Positions 29,527-38,666 of a stretch of 64,000 nucleotides of DNA are shown here, in pieces. This stretch comes from an uncultured Bifidobacteriaceae bacterium (lineage in GTDB: Bacteria > Actinomycetota > Acidimicrobiia > IMCC26256 > PALSA-555). Under the pieces are notes generated by a model that saw only the letters and a list, made by a program, of their open reading frames with translations, was not told the DNA's origin and ran no database searches. Where the stretch lies: NCBI GenBank assembly GCA_964501785.1, contig CAZCUD010000010.1, positions 66,088 to 130,087 on the forward strand. The letters run 5' to 3'. The position numbers and the translations under genes are program-made. Each line of letters opens with the position of its first letter. Position 1 is the stretch's first letter.

Positions 29527-30768
29527 TCAACCCGGGGCCGGCCCGGCGAGGAAGCGCTCGGATGTCGCCGCGATGTGGTCGACGTCGGCGTCGTCCATGC
29601 CGTGGTTGCAGGGGAGGATCAGGCCGGTCTCCATCACGCGGTCGGCGTTGGCGAGGCCACCCGGCGCGACGCGGTGCGGGACCGCCTGGAAGGCCGGCTG
29701 GCGGGTCGCGTTGCCGGTCCAGACCATGCGGGTGTCGATGCCCGAGCGCTCCATGAACTGCTGGTACTCGGTGCGCGACACGCCCGACTCGGGGCGGATC
29801 ATGATCGGGAACATGTGCCAGCCCGTGTCGATCTCGGGGGTCGTGCGGGGGAGCACGAAGACGTCCTCGCGGCCCGAGAAGGCCTCGTGCAGTCGCGCGA
29901 AGTTGCGCTTGCGCCGTTCGAGGAACGCCGGGAGCTTCTGCATCTGCACGACCCCGAACGCAGCGGAGAGCTCCGACGGCTCGAAGTTCCATCCGACCTC
30001 GTCGAAGATGAAGAGGTCGTCGTACTCGAGGCCGTCGATGTCGGAGAAGAACCGCCGCCCGCCGCGCTCACCGCGACGCGATCCGTAGATCGCGACCTCG
30101 CTGCGGCGTCCCCACCGACGGAGGAGGAGGCCACGGTCGACGAGGTCGGGGTCGTCGAGGCACACCATCCCGCCGGTGCCGGCCGCGGTGATGATGTGGG
30201 AGAGGGCGAAGCTCGTGAGGGAGATGTCGCTGCGCGTGCCCGTGGGCGTCCCGCGCAGCGTCGCGCCGAGGCAGTCGCAGGAGTCCTCGACGACCTGGAG
30301 CTCGTGCGCGTCCGCGATGGCGCGGATCCGGTCCCAGTCGGGGCAGTTGCCGATGAGGTTGGGCGCGAGGATCGCTCGCGTGCGGGGCCCGATCGCGGCC
30401 TCGATGGCGTCGACGTCGATCTGGTACGTGTCGACCTCGACGTCGACGAAGACGGGGACGAGTCGCGACCGAACCATCGGCGCGATGTCGGTCGAGAACG
30501 TGACCGCGGACGTGATGATCTCGTCACCGGGATCGAGTGCCAGCAGCTCCACGGCGAGGTAGAGCGCCGACGATCCGGAGTTGACCATGATCCCGCGCTG
30601 CTTGCCGAACGCGGCGGCGACGAGGGCCTCCATCTCGCGGACCCGGGGTCCGATGCGAAGCGCGGTCGGCCCGCCGCGGAGGACTGCGAGGACGGCTTCG
30701 ATCTCGGCGTCGTCGTGGACGCTGCCCGCGTAGTCGATGCGTCGGTCCGTGGCAGGCTCGGGGGGCAT
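29527..30768 (-). CDS. DegT/DnrJ/EryC1 fold enzyme, RfbH/ColD-like (putative PMP-dependent dehydratase)
   Basis: DYAGSVHDDAEIEAV, VNSGSSALYLAV, EDSCDCLGA. The usual PLP-lysine position reads SFALSHIITAAGTGG, with His where aminotransferases have Lys, as in E1/ColD dehydratases. Confidence 0.75.
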   Translation of the reverse strand: MPPEPATDRRIDYAGSVHDDAEIEAVLAVLRGGPTALRIGPRVREMEALVAAAFGKQRGIMVNSGSSALYLAVELLALDPGDEIITSAVTFSTDIAPMVRSRLVPVFVDVEVDTYQIDVDAIEAAIGPRTRAILAPNLIGNCPDWDRIRAIADAHELQVVEDSCDCLGATLRGTPTGTRSDISLTSFALSHIITAAGTGGMVCLDDPDLVDRGLLLRRWGRRSEVAIYGSRRGERGGRRFFSDIDGLEYDDLFIFDEVGWNFEPSELSAAFGVVQMQKLPAFLERRKRNFARLHEAFSGREDVFVLPRTTPEIDTGWHMFPIMIRPESGVSRTEYQQFMERSGIDTRMVWTGNATRQPAFQAVPHRVAPGGLANADRVMETGLILPCNHGMDDADVDHIAATSERFLAGPAPG

Positions 30769-32176
30769 GGCGCCGGAATCTACCGAGGTCGAGGCCTACG
30801 ACGTCGTCGTCGTCGGCGGGGGGCCGGCGGGTGAGAACGTCGTCGAGCGCTGCACCGCCGATGGTCTGACCGTCGCCGTGGTGGAGCGGGAGCTCCTCGG
30901 TGGCGAGTGCTCGTACTGGGCGTGCATCCCGAGCAAGGTGCTGCTGCGACCGGGTGAGGTGCTCGCGGCAGCCCGGCGCGTCCCCGGCGCACGCGAAGCG
31001 ATCAGCGGTCCGATCGACGTTGCCGCCACGCTGGCCCGCCGCGACGAGATCGTCGGCGACTGGGACGACGCGGGCCAGGCGAAGTGGCTCGGCGGCGCGG
31101 GTGGGACGCTCGTCCGCGGCCACGGTCGCCTCGTCGGTCCGCGCCGGGTCGACGTCGAGACCGACGACGGACGGACGGTCGCGCTGGCCGCGCGGCGCGC
31201 GGTCGTGCTCGCGACCGGCATCGTCGCGGCGATGCCGCCGATCCCCGGCCTCGACGCCGCGCGGCCATGGGACAGCCGCCGCGCGACATCGGCGCGATCG
31301 GTGCCCGAGCGCCTCGCCGTGCTCGGTGGCGGCGTCGTCGGGGTGGAGATGGGACAGGCCTTCCATCGCCTCGGCGCCCGGGTCACGATCCTCGAAGCCG
31401 GGTCACGCCTCCTGTCCGCGCTCGAACCGATCGCCGGGGAGGAGCTCCGACGGGCCTTCGGCGACGAGGGCATCGACGTGCGCACGGATGCCGCGGTCGT
31501 GGCCGTCGAGCGGTCGAGCGACGGGGCACCGGTCACGGTCACCCTCGACGGCGGTGACCGGGTCGAGGCCGACGAGCTGCTGGTCGCGGTCGGTCGACGT
31601 CCCTCGACCGGCGACCTGGGGCTCGAGTCGGTCGGGCTCGAGCCCGGGAGGTACGTCGAGGTCGACGACCGGCTCCGGGCGACCGGAATCGAGGGCGACT
31701 GGCTCTTCGCGGTCGGGGACGTCAACGGACGGGCACTCCTCACCCACATGGGCAAGTACCAGGCCCGGGTCGCCGCCGACGTGATCCGCGGCCGCGACAT
31801 CTCCGCGTGGGCCGACGGGCACGTCGTCCCCAGCGTCGTGTTCACCGATCCCCAGGTCGGATCGGTCGGGCGCACCGCGGCGCGAGCACGAGACGAGGGC
31901 ATCGACGTCCGCGCGGTCGAGTACCCGCTGGGCGACGTCTCCGCGGCGAGCACGCACGGCGTGGGCATCACCGGCGTCGCCGCGCTCGTCGTCGACGAGC
32001 GACGTCGCGTGGTCGTCGGGGCGACGTTCGTCGGCCCCGACGTCGCCGAGCTCGTGCACTCGGCGACGGTCGCGATCGCGGGAGAGGTGACGCTCGACGC
32101 GCTCTGGCACGCGGTCCCCTCGTTCCCGACGCTGTCCGAGGTCTGGCTCCGCCTGCTCGAGACCTACGGGCTCTGA
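30767..32176 (+). CDS. Class I pyridine nucleotide-disulfide (FAD) oxidoreductase, dihydrolipoyl dehydrogenase/mycothione reductase-like
   Basis: DVVVVGGGPAGE, redox disulfide GGECSYWACIPSK, LAVLGGGVVGVEMG. The ATG at 30767 overlaps the divergent ATG at 30768 (CATG); the alternative ATG is at 30737. Confidence 0.8.
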   Translation: MAPESTEVEAYDVVVVGGGPAGENVVERCTADGLTVAVVERELLGGECSYWACIPSKVLLRPGEVLAAARRVPGAREAISGPIDVAATLARRDEIVGDWDDAGQAKWLGGAGGTLVRGHGRLVGPRRVDVETDDGRTVALAARRAVVLATGIVAAMPPIPGLDAARPWDSRRATSARSVPERLAVLGGGVVGVEMGQAFHRLGARVTILEAGSRLLSALEPIAGEELRRAFGDEGIDVRTDAAVVAVERSSDGAPVTVTLDGGDRVEADELLVAVGRRPSTGDLGLESVGLEPGRYVEVDDRLRATGIEGDWLFAVGDVNGRALLTHMGKYQARVAADVIRGRDISAWADGHVVPSVVFTDPQVGSVGRTAARARDEGIDVRAVEYPLGDVSAASTHGVGITGVAALVVDERRRVVVGATFVGPDVAELVHSATVAIAGEVTLDALWHAVPSFPTLSEVWLRLLETYGL

Positions 32177-32228
32177 CGCCCCGCTCGAAGCGCACCGGGA
32201 TCCCGCACCCACCGGATCCGGACACGCA

Positions 32229-33791
32229 TCACGAGTGGGGGTTGGCGTGCTCCTCGGCGAGCCGCCCGAGCGCGACCCGATCGAGCTTGCCGGTGGCGTT
32301 GAGCGGCACCCGATCGATGAACACCACCTCCTCGGGCGCCTTGTAGCCGACGCGCTCGCGCGCGAAGTCGATCAGCTCCTGGCTCGTCGGCCGGGCCGTG
32401 TCACCCTTCACCTCGACGTACGCGCGCACGTTCTCGCCGTGCAGCGGATCGTGGATGCCCACGACGCCCGCGACCGCCACCGACGGGTGCTCGTCGAGCG
32501 CGCCTTCCACCTCGAGCGGGCTGATGTTCGAGCCGTCGTGCACGATGATCTGCTTCTTGCGCCCGAAGAACCACAGGTAGCCGTCCTCGTCGGCGCGCGC
32601 CAGGTCACCCGAGTCGAGCCAGCCGTCGCGGACGATCTCCGCCGTGGCGTCGGGGTTGTCCCAGTAGCCGAGGGTGCGCCCCGGCGTGTCGATCCAGACG
32701 CGACCCACCGCGTCGACCTCGACCTCGGCGTCGCCGCCGTCCTCGGCGCGGACGGAGAGCGCGACGCCCGGGGCGGGTCGCCCGATCGAGCCCTCCTTGA
32801 TGACGCCCGGGACGGGGTTCGACGCGACGATGCCGACCTCCGTCATCCCGTACCCCTCGTCGATCGTCAGGCCGGCGAGCGCGTCGAACTCCTGATCGAG
32901 CTCCGCGGAGACGTGGTCGGCGCCCGAACGGCACAGTCGAAGGGAGCGGAAGTCGTCCGGCGTCACGTCGTGATCGCGGATCAAGGCCATCAAGGCAGCG
33001 GGGATCATCGACAGGATCGTCGGTCGGCGCACGCGGAGCAGCCCGAGCACCTCCTGCGCGTCGAAGGTCCGCGCCACGACCGCCTGCGCGCCCACGTACA
33101 GCGCCGAGAACGTCCACACGAAGCCGCCGATGTGCGAGATCGACGACGCGGGCAGGAACGAGTCGTCAGCCGTCGTCGCGAGCGCCGCAGCCGCGATCGC
33201 CGCGTGCCAGGTGAGCGTCTCGAGCGAGTGCGTCACGCCCTTCGCGGGGCCCGTGCTGCCCGAGGTGAAGAAGATCGCCGCAGGTGCGGACGGATCGGGG
33301 GGACCGAAGTTCTGCTCGTGCGCCGGTCGCGCCATGAGGTGCTCGAGCGAGCGGTCTCCGCCGTCACCTTCGCAGGTGACGAGACCGCAGGGGAGCGACG
33401 GGCCGAGTCGGGTGGCGGCGACGTCGTCGGCACGCTCCGCGTGCACGAGGATCGCCGTCGCCGCGCTCACCTCGAGCGCATGATCGATCTCCGACGGCGT
33501 GTACCGGTAGTTGAGGGGCGTGAGCACGATCCCCGACTTGAAGCACGCGAGGTAGTGGACGACGAGTGCGCTGCGATTGGGCATGAGCGAGGCAAGCCGG
33601 TCACCCGGCCCGATGCCCAGGTCGCGGTAGGCGGCGGCGAGTCGGCTGCTCGCGTCGTCGAGCGCACGCCAGGTGAGCTCGTCCTGCGCCGAGGCGAGGG
33701 CCACGGAGTCGGGCGCCGAGGTCAGGCCGGCTCGCAGCACCTCGTCGAGATGACGCGGTGGCGGGGCGATCGGCCCACCCTCGATCGGCAT
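32229..33791 (-). CDS. AMP-dependent synthetase/ligase (acyl-CoA synthetase family)
   Basis: ATG at 33791 preceded by GGGAGGAG. IFFTSGSTGPAKGV, EGYGMTE, GWLDSGDLA, PLNATGKLDR. Confidence 0.85.
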   Translation of the reverse strand: MPIEGGPIAPPPRHLDEVLRAGLTSAPDSVALASAQDELTWRALDDASSRLAAAYRDLGIGPGDRLASLMPNRSALVVHYLACFKSGIVLTPLNYRYTPSEIDHALEVSAATAILVHAERADDVAATRLGPSLPCGLVTCEGDGGDRSLEHLMARPAHEQNFGPPDPSAPAAIFFTSGSTGPAKGVTHSLETLTWHAAIAAAALATTADDSFLPASSISHIGGFVWTFSALYVGAQAVVARTFDAQEVLGLLRVRRPTILSMIPAALMALIRDHDVTPDDFRSLRLCRSGADHVSAELDQEFDALAGLTIDEGYGMTEVGIVASNPVPGVIKEGSIGRPAPGVALSVRAEDGGDAEVEVDAVGRVWIDTPGRTLGYWDNPDATAEIVRDGWLDSGDLARADEDGYLWFFGRKKQIIVHDGSNISPLEVEGALDEHPSVAVAGVVGIHDPLHGENVRAYVEVKGDTARPTSQELIDFARERVGYKAPEEVVFIDRVPLNATGKLDRVALGRLAEEHANPHS

Positions 33792-33936
33792 GATGCTCCT
33801 CCCGATGTGGCGTGGCGCCCGACAGAGCGCGTGCTCCGGCGAGGCTAGGTGGCCCGCCGCCGGTGGCCGACGGCACGCGGCGCCGCGGATCGGGCATCCT
33901 GTGGTCGACGAGGTCGCACCAGCAGGGGGGAAGCCG

Positions 33937-35562
33937 ATGGGTCGCTCACTTCGGTCCGTGTGTGCGGTGGTGGTCGCCGGCACGGTCGCGTCCGCCGCGG
34001 CAGCGCTCGCGGGATCCGGCGCCGCGGGGGCGGCCCGCGCCCGTGGCGGGGGCGGCGAGGGCGACACGATCACCTTCGGCGTCGAGGCGGAGACGACGAA
34101 CTACTGCCTCAGCCGCGCCCAGCTCGCGATCTCCGGGATCCAGGTCGTCGCGGCGATCTACGACACCCTCACGGTGCCCGACGCGGACGGCGAGGGCGTC
34201 CCCTACCTCGCGGAGTCGGTCGAGCCCAACGCCGACCTCACCGAGTGGACCATCAAGCTGCGTGAGGGCGTGACCTTCCACGACGGCACCCCGCTCGACG
34301 CCGCGGCGCTCAAGGCGAACATGGACTCCTGGCGCGGCGCTCCCGGTGCCCCCAACGTCGGGCCGCTGCTCCCGATCGTCTACAAGCAGATGACCGACGT
34401 GCAGATCGTCGATCCGTTGACGGTCAAGGCCGTGTTCGCGGTGCCGGTCGCCGACTTCAACAACGGCCTGTTCGGCGTCGGGCGCTTCGGGATCATGGCG
34501 CCCGCGCAGCTGAACGCCGGTGAAGAGTGCGCGACGAACATGATCGGCACCGGTCCGTTCAAGCTCGAGAGCTACGAGCAGAACGAGGCGACGACCGTCG
34601 TCAAGAACGAGGACTACTGGCAGAAGGGCTTCCCCAAGGTCGACCGCATCCGGTTCGTCCCCGTCGTCGACGGCGCGGCCCGCGTCACGCAGCTCCAGGG
34701 CGGTGAGCTCGACGTGATGCACACGTCCGCCGCGCTCCAGATCGACACCCTGAAGGGCCTCGGCGACCAGGTCGAGCTCCTCGAGCAGAAGCCCGGCTTC
34801 CGTGAGATCCGCTACTACGACCTGCTCTCCGACACCCCGCCGTTCGACAACCCGGACGCCCGCAAGGCGTTCGCCATGGCGCTCGACCGGCAGAAGGTCA
34901 ACCAGATCCGCAACAAGGGCACCTTCGACGTGGCCAACGGGCTCATGGACGTGAACGCGCCCGGGTACGTCAAGAACGCCGGCTACCCGAAGTACGACCT
35001 CGAAGCCGCGCGGGAGCTCGTCGAGAAGGTGAAGGCCGACACCGGGTCGTTCGACGTGGTCCTCGGCACCACCAGCGACCCCGACAACAGCGCCGAGGCG
35101 CAGCTCGTGAAGGAGGAGCTCGAGAAGGCGGGGATCAACGCCGACATCGCGCTCTTCGACCAGGCCACGCTCATCAACAAGGCGCTCGCCCGGGACATCG
35201 ACGTGCTCTTCTGGCGCAACCTCCACGGCGGGTTCCGCAACCACAACAACGCCGACACCTACACGTGGTTCGCCAACAAGGACACCGGCAACATCTTGAA
35301 CTTCAGCGGGTTCGACGACGAGACGACCCAGTCGCTGCTCGAGCAGGGACGGGGCGAGACCGAGCCGAGTGCCGTGGAGAAGACCTACCAGGACTTCAAC
35401 CGGGCGATGGCGGACGGCCTGTACTCCTTGCCGATGTGGTACGTCGACTGGACCATCGCGCACCAGCCGGACGTCAAGCTGACGCTCCCGCGGCTGCCCG
35501 ACGGGGGGAAGCCGCTGTTCGTGTACGGCCGGATCCCGGTCCACGGGCTCTCCAAGACGTGA
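33937..35562 (+). CDS. ABC transporter substrate-binding protein, family 5 (peptide/nickel type)
   Basis: ATG at 33937 follows AGGGGGGAAG. Signal peptide MGRSLRSVCAVVVAGTVASAAAALAGSGA. Family-5 SBP-like length and blocks. No permease or ATPase gene is adjacent. Confidence 0.8.
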   Translation: MGRSLRSVCAVVVAGTVASAAAALAGSGAAGAARARGGGGEGDTITFGVEAETTNYCLSRAQLAISGIQVVAAIYDTLTVPDADGEGVPYLAESVEPNADLTEWTIKLREGVTFHDGTPLDAAALKANMDSWRGAPGAPNVGPLLPIVYKQMTDVQIVDPLTVKAVFAVPVADFNNGLFGVGRFGIMAPAQLNAGEECATNMIGTGPFKLESYEQNEATTVVKNEDYWQKGFPKVDRIRFVPVVDGAARVTQLQGGELDVMHTSAALQIDTLKGLGDQVELLEQKPGFREIRYYDLLSDTPPFDNPDARKAFAMALDRQKVNQIRNKGTFDVANGLMDVNAPGYVKNAGYPKYDLEAARELVEKVKADTGSFDVVLGTTSDPDNSAEAQLVKEELEKAGINADIALFDQATLINKALARDIDVLFWRNLHGGFRNHNNADTYTWFANKDTGNILNFSGFDDETTQSLLEQGRGETEPSAVEKTYQDFNRAMADGLYSLPMWYVDWTIAHQPDVKLTLPRLPDGGKPLFVYGRIPVHGLSKT

Positions 35563-35685
35563 CCTGACCCGCACGCCGGACGAGGCGAGAACGCGCGATC
35601 CGTTCCGCACACCTGATCCGAAACCGGGATGAAGAGGGGGGAAGGCCCCCGCATCGATCCCGGACCTCGGAGAAGGAGCGTGGAC

Positions 35686-36510
35686 ATGCGGTCGTTCGCC
35701 AAGCGCGTCGCGACGGTCGTCGCGTCGGTCGGACTGCTGGGAGGTGTGGGCATCGCCGCGGCGCCGGTCGCGGGTGCAGGCACCTTCGAGCTGCACTGGA
35801 ACGTCAACGCGACGACTCACATCGCACGATCGGGCTCCGACGTCAACGTGTCGGGCGGCCGCTTCGACGGACAGATCGACACCGACACGGGGGCGCTCAG
35901 CGGCCGCATGTCGCTGCCGCCCACGACGCTCACGATGAGCCTCCTCGGTGAGGTGCCCGCGGCCGATGTCACCGTCAAGATCGCGCCCGTCGGCCCGACG
36001 ACGGGACACGTCGACTTCGCCACGATGCAGGTGACGACCAAGTCGACGTTCAACATCCGCGTCACGAAGGTCACGCCCCACGGCAGCGACACCAACCTGG
36101 TCGGCGACGAGTGCAAGACCGAGAAGCCGATCACGGTGCGCCTCGGAGGAGTCGCCGACCTCGAGAACCCGTCGACGTTCAGTGGCGTGTTCACGATCCC
36201 CGAGTTCGAGGACTGTCGCCTGTTCGAGCTGGCGATCAACCAGCTGATCCCCGGGCCCGGCAACACCTTCAGCGCGACGTTCGCGCCGGAGGGCCAGACG
36301 CCTCCGCCGCCTCCGCCGGCCGAGCCAGCTCCTGCCCCGGCGCCACCTCCGGCCGCAACGGTGCGCGGCGGTCTGAACATCACCGCCGGCGACCAGGTCA
36401 TCGAGACCCCGCCGCTCGACGTCCAGCTCCCGCCGTTGCCGAACGTGACCGGCCCGGGCGGCGCGACCAGCGGCGGCAACGGGCTCCCACCGTTGTTCAC
36501 CGTCGACTGA
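35686..36510 (+). CDS. Secreted hypothetical protein with a proline-rich C-terminal region
   Basis: ATG at 35686 follows GGAGAAGGAG. Signal peptide MRSFAKRVATVVASVGLLGGVGIAAAPVAGAG. C-terminal PPPPPPAEPAPAPAPPPA tract. Confidence 0.6.
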   Translation: MRSFAKRVATVVASVGLLGGVGIAAAPVAGAGTFELHWNVNATTHIARSGSDVNVSGGRFDGQIDTDTGALSGRMSLPPTTLTMSLLGEVPAADVTVKIAPVGPTTGHVDFATMQVTTKSTFNIRVTKVTPHGSDTNLVGDECKTEKPITVRLGGVADLENPSTFSGVFTIPEFEDCRLFELAINQLIPGPGNTFSATFAPEGQTPPPPPPAEPAPAPAPPPAATVRGGLNITAGDQVIETPPLDVQLPPLPNVTGPGGATSGGNGLPPLFTVD

Positions 36511-36589
36511 CGATGCGCGACCGCACCGTCGTTCGATCGCCCTGGTCGACGACCAGGACCGAGACCCCCGATCCCAGGAGGTAGGACCA

Positions 36590-37279
36590 GTGACTCCCCG
36601 TGCACGCAAGATCATCGTTGCCATCGGCGCAGCCGGTGCGGCGGTGGGGCTCGTGGCCGGACCGGCCGCGGCCCAGACCGAACCTTCCGGCAGCGCGACC
36701 GGGCTCGAGGGCCTGCTCGAGACGCCGATCACCGACGTCACGCTGCCGCCGACGCCGTTCGTCGAGCTCCCTCCCGGGGGTGAGGACGACATCCCCGGCA
36801 TCGACGTGCCCGGGCTGGCGAGCGCCGACCTGCTCCAGGTCGAGTCGAACCAGACCGGCCCCAACGGCTCCGAGAGCTCCGCACAGGTCGCCGGCCTGTC
36901 GGCGCTCCCCGGCGTGGCCGACGTGACGGGCGACCTCATCGCCAGCGCCTGCTCCGCCGACCCCTCGGGCAACGAGGCGACGTCGACGATCCTCGGCGGG
37001 AGCGCCGCGGGCACGCCCCTCGGCGTCAGCCCCGACCCGAACACGACCGTCGCCGTCCCCGGCGTCGGCTCGGTGACCCTGAACGAGCAGACGACGAACG
37101 GGTCGGAGACCACCGTGCGGGCGATCCGCGTGCTCGTCGACACGCCCCTCGGCGTCGGTGCCGACCTCTCGGTGTCCACCTCGGTGTGCGACTCGGGCCT
37201 CGGCGGCGGCGGCGTCCCGGACCTGCCGCTCGAGCCGCCGGCGACCGCAACGCCGTCGACCCCGACCCTCGCGGGCTGA
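36590..37279 (+). CDS. Secreted hypothetical protein (possibly choice-of-anchor-like beta-sandwich)
   Basis: GTG at 36590 lies 8 nt after AGGAGG. Signal peptide IIVAIGAAGAAVGLVAGPAAAQ. The segment PGVGSVTLNEQTTNGSETTVRAIRVLV resembles choice-of-anchor families from memory only. Confidence 0.5.
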   Translation: MTPRARKIIVAIGAAGAAVGLVAGPAAAQTEPSGSATGLEGLLETPITDVTLPPTPFVELPPGGEDDIPGIDVPGLASADLLQVESNQTGPNGSESSAQVAGLSALPGVADVTGDLIASACSADPSGNEATSTILGGSAAGTPLGVSPDPNTTVAVPGVGSVTLNEQTTNGSETTVRAIRVLVDTPLGVGADLSVSTSVCDSGLGGGGVPDLPLEPPATATPSTPTLAG

Positions 37280-37286
37280 CCCGACG

Positions 37287-38039
37287 ATGCTGCGCTCGAT
37301 CCGTTGCGCGGTGAGTCGCACCGTCGTGTCGACGGTGGCCGCGATCGCGCTGGCGTCCCTCGTGGGCGTCGGCGCGATCGCGGGGCCGGCGTCCGCGCGC
37401 GGCGACCGCGGCGATGCGAAGCCCGCCGCGACGCCGCGTGCGCCGAGCGTCGTCGCCAAGGCGATCACGAGCAGCGTGGCCGTGTACGACGAGCCCGGTG
37501 CCGCGGCGCCGAGCCGCGTGCTCGCGAACCCGACCGTCACCGACGGCGAGCTCGTCTTCCTCGTCGACCAGGTGTCGGAGGGCTGGCTCCAGGTGCTGCT
37601 GCCCGTGAAGCCGAACGGGTCGACCGGGTGGGTGCGGGCCGAGGACGTGGCCCTGTCGTCGAACCCGTACCGGATCGTCGTCGACCTCGACCGGCACCGC
37701 CTCACCGTGTTCGACGGTGACCGGCGGGTGCTGCGCAAGCCGGTCGGCATCGGGCGCGAGCAGACCCCGACGCCGCGCGGCCGGTACTACGTCACGCAGC
37801 TCTTCCAGCCGCCGGACCCGGGCGGGCCGTACGGCCCGTACGCCTACGCGCTGTCGGGGTTCTCGGAGGTGCTCGAGACGTTCCAGGGCGGCGACGCCAT
37901 CATCGGCATCCACGGCACCAACCGCCCCGACCTGGTCGGCCAGGACGTCTCCCACGGCTGCATCCGCCTCCGCAACCCGGCGGTGACGAAGCTCGCCGAG
38001 ATCCTCCCGGTGGGCACCCCGGTGGCGATCAAGCGGTGA
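37287..38039 (+). CDS. L,D-transpeptidase (YkuD) family protein
   Basis: Signal/anchor VVSTVAAIALASLVGVGAIAGPASA. Catalytic block HGTNRPDLVGQDVSHGCIRLRN. Confidence 0.85.
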   Translation: MLRSIRCAVSRTVVSTVAAIALASLVGVGAIAGPASARGDRGDAKPAATPRAPSVVAKAITSSVAVYDEPGAAAPSRVLANPTVTDGELVFLVDQVSEGWLQVLLPVKPNGSTGWVRAEDVALSSNPYRIVVDLDRHRLTVFDGDRRVLRKPVGIGREQTPTPRGRYYVTQLFQPPDPGGPYGPYAYALSGFSEVLETFQGGDAIIGIHGTNRPDLVGQDVSHGCIRLRNPAVTKLAEILPVGTPVAIKR

Positions 38040-38096
38040 GCGCGCGGTCGGATCCGAGACCGAAATCGGTCGCTCCGCGCCACGTTGCACCGCGCG

Positions 38097-38666
38097 ATGG
38101 AAGGCGACCAGGCCCTCGTCGACGCGATCGGCGACGGATCGACCGAGGCACTGCGTGAGGTGTACGACCGGTACGGACGCGGCGTCTTCGAGACCGCGCG
38201 CGGCCTGCTCGGTCAGCGGGCGCTCGCCGAGGAGGTCGTGCAGGACGTGTTCGTGAAGCTCTGGGACCGCCCCGAGCGATTCGACGCCTCACGAGCCACG
38301 CTCAAGCGCTACCTCAACACCCTGGCCTACGGCCGGGCGGTCGACGTGGCTCGATCAGAGGGCGCTCGCCGCCGTCGCGAAGAGCGCGAAGCGCGCCTGA
38401 CCGGTCGCGACTTTACGACCGCGGGTGTCGAGCACGAGGCGATCCTGAACGATCAGCTCCGCGACGCCCTGGCGACCCTCCGCACGACCGAGCGTGAAGC
38501 GATCACCATGGCGTACTTCCTCGGCTACTCGTACCGCGATGTCGCCGCACACCTCGGGGTGCCGGAGGGGACGGTCAAGAACCGCATCCGCACCGGGCTC
38601 CAGCGACTGCGCGAGCACCTCACGTCGGACGCCGACCTCCTCGCACCGTTGGCGGTGAGCGCATGA
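38097..38666 (+). CDS. ECF-type RNA polymerase sigma-70 family factor
   Basis: Region 2 VQDVFVKLWDRPERFD. Region 4 REAITMAYFLGYSYRDVAAHLGVPEGTVKNRIRTGLQRLR. The alternative TTG start is at 38085. Confidence 0.85.
   Translation: MEGDQALVDAIGDGSTEALREVYDRYGRGVFETARGLLGQRALAEEVVQDVFVKLWDRPERFDASRATLKRYLNTLAYGRAVDVARSEGARRRREEREARLTGRDFTTAGVEHEAILNDQLRDALATLRTTEREAITMAYFLGYSYRDVAAHLGVPEGTVKNRIRTGLQRLREHLTSDADLLAPLAVSA

Noticed and set aside
33946-37179. 1077-aa minus-strand ORF
   Set aside because: It is antisense to the solute-binding protein and two secreted-protein genes that have signal peptides and RBSs. No motifs were found, so it is a GC shadow.
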